IMG/VR virus record: IMGVR_UViG_3300033569_000052
Location: 1-25,978 of that record
Source of the DNA: a virus
Taxonomy: Duplodnaviria; Caudoviricetes
Strand: one strand, 5' to 3'
DNA length: 25,978 nucleotides
The notes under the pieces were generated by a model. That model had not been told where the DNA came from. It did not search any database and saw nothing but the letters and a program-made list of their open reading frames with translations. This document shows, one piece after another, positions 23,199 through 25,978 of this stretch; the stretch's first letter is position 1; each line of letters begins with the position of its first letter. The position numbers were made by a program, and so were the translations under genes.

Positions 23199-23762
23199 AT
23201 GAATACAAAGCATGTCAGTACAGCATTACAGAATGCTGTAACGTATCTAAAAAATAATCAGATAATTACCAAAGATTTCGAAATTTCGGAAAAAACAGGG
23301 TATTCGCCTGGATCAGTAAGCACCTATATTTCAGGCAATACGATGCCCAGTAAGCCATTTCTGAAGAAATTCCAGGAAGTTTTCAAACTTGACCTTGCCA
23401 AGTTTGCTACCCCCTATCCTGAGAAGAAAGATGAAGAATACTATATTACATCTCTGGTCAATGAAGACCAGGCTGTATATAACTTAGCATCCAGTAATAA
23501 GACACTTGCTGAATCTAATAAAACCATTGCGGAGGCGCATAAGGTACTGGCCGAGAGCAATGCGGAGCTTGTACAGATGATAAAGGGGATCAGTTCGGCG
23601 AATCCAAAAACTCCCGGAGGCGGTCAAGCCATATCTCCAAAGGTTCTGGAATTGATAGCTGAGGCCGTTGTAGGGAAGTATAAGTCCAAGGAGGAAGCAC
23701 TTGCAGCATTACATAGTAAGCTGTTTGGTGCGAAGGGGGCAAAGAGTGCGGCAAAAAATTAA
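23199..23762 (+). CDS. CI-like XRE-family repressor with coiled-coil C-terminus (187 aa)
   Basis: DFEISEKTGYSPGSVSTYISG HTH and (LAESNKT)-like heptads. No S24 peptidase motifs seen. Confidence 0.8.
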   Translation: MNTKHVSTALQNAVTYLKNNQIITKDFEISEKTGYSPGSVSTYISGNTMPSKPFLKKFQEVFKLDLAKFATPYPEKKDEEYYITSLVNEDQAVYNLASSNKTLAESNKTIAEAHKVLAESNAELVQMIKGISSANPKTPGGGQAISPKVLELIAEAVVGKYKSKEEALAALHSKLFGAKGAKSAAKN

Positions 23763-23833
23763 CTTGGGGCGTTGACATGGGCAGGTTATTAGGTAACTAA
23801 ATTTATGTAATCATATTTCAAAATATTGTTAAA

Positions 23834-24397
23834 ATGAAAGCAATCATAGCGACCTTGTTTACAATGCTTACAGCCATCTGCCAGGCGCAGTTTACCCCCG
23901 ATAGTTTACCCATAAACAAAGAGACCGGCCTGGTGGATTTTACCGCTATAGTGACTGCGGACAGCATGCCGGCACAGAAGCTTTACAGCAATGCAAAGAT
24001 GTTTATTGCCACCGCTTTTAATTCGGCAAAGAGTGTTACCGATATGACGGATGACGCCAGTTTTACGATTATGGCCAAAGGGAACCTGCCGGTGTATAAT
24101 ATACGCCGGGGGAAGCCGGTTGATGATTATGGGTGGTTCGGGTTCAGCATGACGATCCGGTGCAAGGACAATAAGTACTGGTACTCCATTACCAATTACG
24201 ATCACACATCATTAAAGAACTATGTTGGCAGCTACGGCCCCATTGAAAAAGAAAAAGTTTATGGTGCATATAATATAATGGTACCGATGAAATTCTGGAA
24301 TTCATTGAAGGAACAGGCATATACCACCACGTTGAAAATAATTGCCGACCTGAAGAAGTACATGGTATCAGGAACTTATGAGACAAAGGATTTTTAA
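23834..24397 (+). CDS. Exported protein, DUF4468-like (187 aa)
   Basis: Signal peptide MKAIIATLFTMLTAICQA|Q; LYSNAK.FIA..FNSAKSV and IRCKDNKY motifs. Confidence 0.7.
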   Translation: MKAIIATLFTMLTAICQAQFTPDSLPINKETGLVDFTAIVTADSMPAQKLYSNAKMFIATAFNSAKSVTDMTDDASFTIMAKGNLPVYNIRRGKPVDDYGWFGFSMTIRCKDNKYWYSITNYDHTSLKNYVGSYGPIEKEKVYGAYNIMVPMKFWNSLKEQAYTTTLKIIADLKKYMVSGTYETKDF

Positions 24398-24512
24398 TGC
24401 TGCGGGCTGCAGTGTCAAAACAGTGTCAAAACAGTGTCAAAAAAACCTGCAAAAGTGAATCTTATGCCGCAAGTTAATACTTGCGGCAGCGGAGATAAAG
24501 GCGGAGGCGGGT

Positions 24513-24533
24513 TTCGAATCTCCTTTGCCGCAC
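24513..24533 (+). other. tRNA 3'-end fragment (T-loop to discriminator), att core; possibly tRNA-Leu
   Basis: 7-nt T-loop, 5-nt T-stem strand, 7-nt acceptor strand, then A. The 5 nt upstream (CGGGT) do not complete the T-stem, as expected for a crossover in the T-loop. The isotype is a guess. Confidence 0.6.
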
Positions 24534-24562
24534 AAAAGAAACCCGCTACTATGGCGGGTTTC
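24534..24562. terminator. Terminator-like hairpin after the tRNA fragment
   Basis: GAAACCCGC-TACTATG-GCGGGTTTC. The U-tract is stronger on the minus strand. Confidence 0.65.
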
Positions 24563-24592
24563 AGGTTTCTGAAAGAAAACAGTGTCAAAACA

Positions 24593-25801
24593 GTGTCAAA
24601 AAAATGGGCATCATATCGGCCTGCGGTCATTAAAAAGGATGCTGACCGGTGGTATGTGGAATATTACTACCGGATCCCGGAAGAACTACGCATGTTTTAT
24701 AATAATAAAGTGTGGTTGAGGAAACGGGTTTTTGAAGATATCAACAGATTTAAAAATGATGAATACGCTGAGCTTCTTTGCTCTGCTGTGAATCAACTGC
24801 TGGATGATGGCTATAGTCCTTTTGATGCTTTGAATGAGAAAGTAAAGGAGCTGGCCATTGGCATAGAAGATAAAAGAGAGTGGACCATCCAGCAGGCGCT
24901 TTCATATTTTAATCAGAAATGGCAGGCCCGTGGCCTTGAAAAGGACACTATCAGCCGATATAAGCACTGTACAACTCTTCTGTTCGATTGGCTTTCTGTT
25001 CATGGGCTGCAAAATTCAAAAACTGAAACGATCCGCCGGCAGCATATAGAAGGATGCCTGGATGCCGCAAAGGTTAATTATAAATGGTCAAACCGCAGGT
25101 ACAATAATGTAATGAAATACATGCGCACAGTATTCGCATTCCTAATCAAGCATGAAATAATCGATAAGAACCCATGTAATGATATTGATCTTTTGAAAGC
25201 CACCAGTAAAAAGCACAAGTTCTACGATGAGAAAACGCTGGCAAAGATCATGGAGGCTGTTAAAGAAAGTGATCCATATCTATATTTTGCCATCCAGTGT
25301 GTGTATCACTTATGTATCCGGAGTGAAAAGGAATTGAAGTATTTCAAAGTTCAAAATATCTTCCCCGAAAGAATGCAGGTTCTGATCACTGCCAGTGGGA
25401 GTAAAACAAAATCTGATCGCTTTATCCCGATGAATAAAGACATGCTGGCCATCTTTAAAACCCGGGGAATTCTTGATCACCCTCATGATCACTTTGTATT
25501 CAGTGTACCGCATAAAAACAAATTTATGCCCGATGGAGGGCCTGGACCCATTCCATTCAGCACCGGTTTTTTTTCCAAAAGATTCTCTAAAATAAGGAAG
25601 CGATTGGGGATCAGTAGCGACTATACAATCTACGGCTTTAAGCATACCAGGGTGATTCATTTAAAAATCGACGGGGCAACAGATGCAGAAATAATGAGTG
25701 TTACCGGTCATTCAGATTATGGCAGCTTTGCAAAATACCTACGTGACATAGGAGCTGCGATCGATGGTAGCCGTATCGCAGGACTTTCCAGAAAGCTTTA
25801 A
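24593..25801 (+). CDS. int: Tyrosine recombinase / phage integrase (~402 aa)
   Basis: Catalytic R (CIRSEKEL), K (SKTK), HxxR-like (FKHTR), H (TGHS) and Y (AKYL). Start uncertain: GTG 24593 or ATG 24551; the frame is open back to 24434. Confidence 0.92.
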   Translation: MSKKWASYRPAVIKKDADRWYVEYYYRIPEELRMFYNNKVWLRKRVFEDINRFKNDEYAELLCSAVNQLLDDGYSPFDALNEKVKELAIGIEDKREWTIQQALSYFNQKWQARGLEKDTISRYKHCTTLLFDWLSVHGLQNSKTETIRRQHIEGCLDAAKVNYKWSNRRYNNVMKYMRTVFAFLIKHEIIDKNPCNDIDLLKATSKKHKFYDEKTLAKIMEAVKESDPYLYFAIQCVYHLCIRSEKELKYFKVQNIFPERMQVLITASGSKTKSDRFIPMNKDMLAIFKTRGILDHPHDHFVFSVPHKNKFMPDGGPGPIPFSTGFFSKRFSKIRKRLGISSDYTIYGFKHTRVIHLKIDGATDAEIMSVTGHSDYGSFAKYLRDIGAAIDGSRIAGLSRKL

Positions 25802-25978
25802 TTTATAGTGCATATTATAAAACTATATTAATATGTATTTCATTATAATACAAATAATGTTGCAAATTATTAAACCAAAACGCGGTAGTGTTGCACGGCA
25901 AGTCCTGATTTCGCGGCGTCCGTACAGCCGCCCTATAGATATATGACAGACCATGGATCTCCATAAACTATGCTCTAT

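Larger units (their letters stand above)
24410..24601 (+). repeat. Probable attP: integrase arm-type repeats flanking a tRNA 3' fragment
   Basis: CAGTGTCAAAA x3 (24410-24442) and x2 (24580-24601), flanking TTCGAAT-CTCCT-TTGCCGC-A-C (24513-24533). Confidence 0.75.
1..25978. mobile_element. Temperate tailed bacteriophage of a Bacteroidota host (partial genome)
   Basis: Integrase, CI/Cro switch, primase/helicase, lysis, head and tail modules in one contiguous block. No host housekeeping genes are seen. TAnnTTTG promoter boxes point to Bacteroidota. Confidence 0.95.

Noticed and set aside
24482-24535. Complete tRNA gene
   Set aside because: Only the T-loop and 3' strand are present. No D-arm or anticodon arm can be folded, and the T-stem 5' strand does not match.
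24434-24592. 455-aa integrase starting at GTG 24434
   Set aside because: The extension runs through arm repeats, the att core and hairpins, and gives low-complexity sequence. A start at 24593 or 24551 gives a normal-sized integrase.
24410-24601. CAGTGTCAAAA repeats as a CRISPR array or simple microsatellite
   Set aside because: The 11-nt units are abutting, have no spacers and no cas genes nearby, and are arranged around an att core next to an integrase.
25802-25978. AT-rich tail after the integrase as a prophage boundary or host DNA
   Set aside because: Too short to assign, with no att copy or recognisable gene.

Overview
About 26 kb of a temperate tailed-phage genome from a Bacteroidota host. 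The host call rests on TAnnTTTG promoters and signal peptides cleaved before Gln. Almost everything from 23033 leftwards is on the minus strand. In transcription order: cro-like gene, small early genes, DnaG-type primase, C5 DNA methyltransferase, P-loop helicase, iteron-rich origin, a diversity-generating retroelement (DGR), DUF5131/Gp37Gp68, a candidate late activator, tail/fibre-like genes, lysis cassette, S49 head protease, major capsid, tail tube, and a tape measure gene that runs off the left edge. On the plus strand are a CI-like repressor, an exported DUF4468-like protein, an apparently intact attP (tRNA 3' fragment between arm repeats) and a tyrosine integrase. The main finding is a compact DGR with no avd gene. 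One 69-nt template repeat (14785-14853) matches two variable repeats (14982-15050 and 15372-15440), and all 22 mismatches fall on template adenines. The targets are two tiny paralogous, apparently cytoplasmic proteins in the early/replication operon, not a tail fibre. A 100-aa beta-rich ORF overlapping the RT stop is the candidate accessory factor. Other notable signals: virion-module proteins with Sec signal peptides, a split primase-helicase, a duplicated late-promoter motif, and competing hairpins across attP. Product calls come from motif recognition by eye; no database searches were run.
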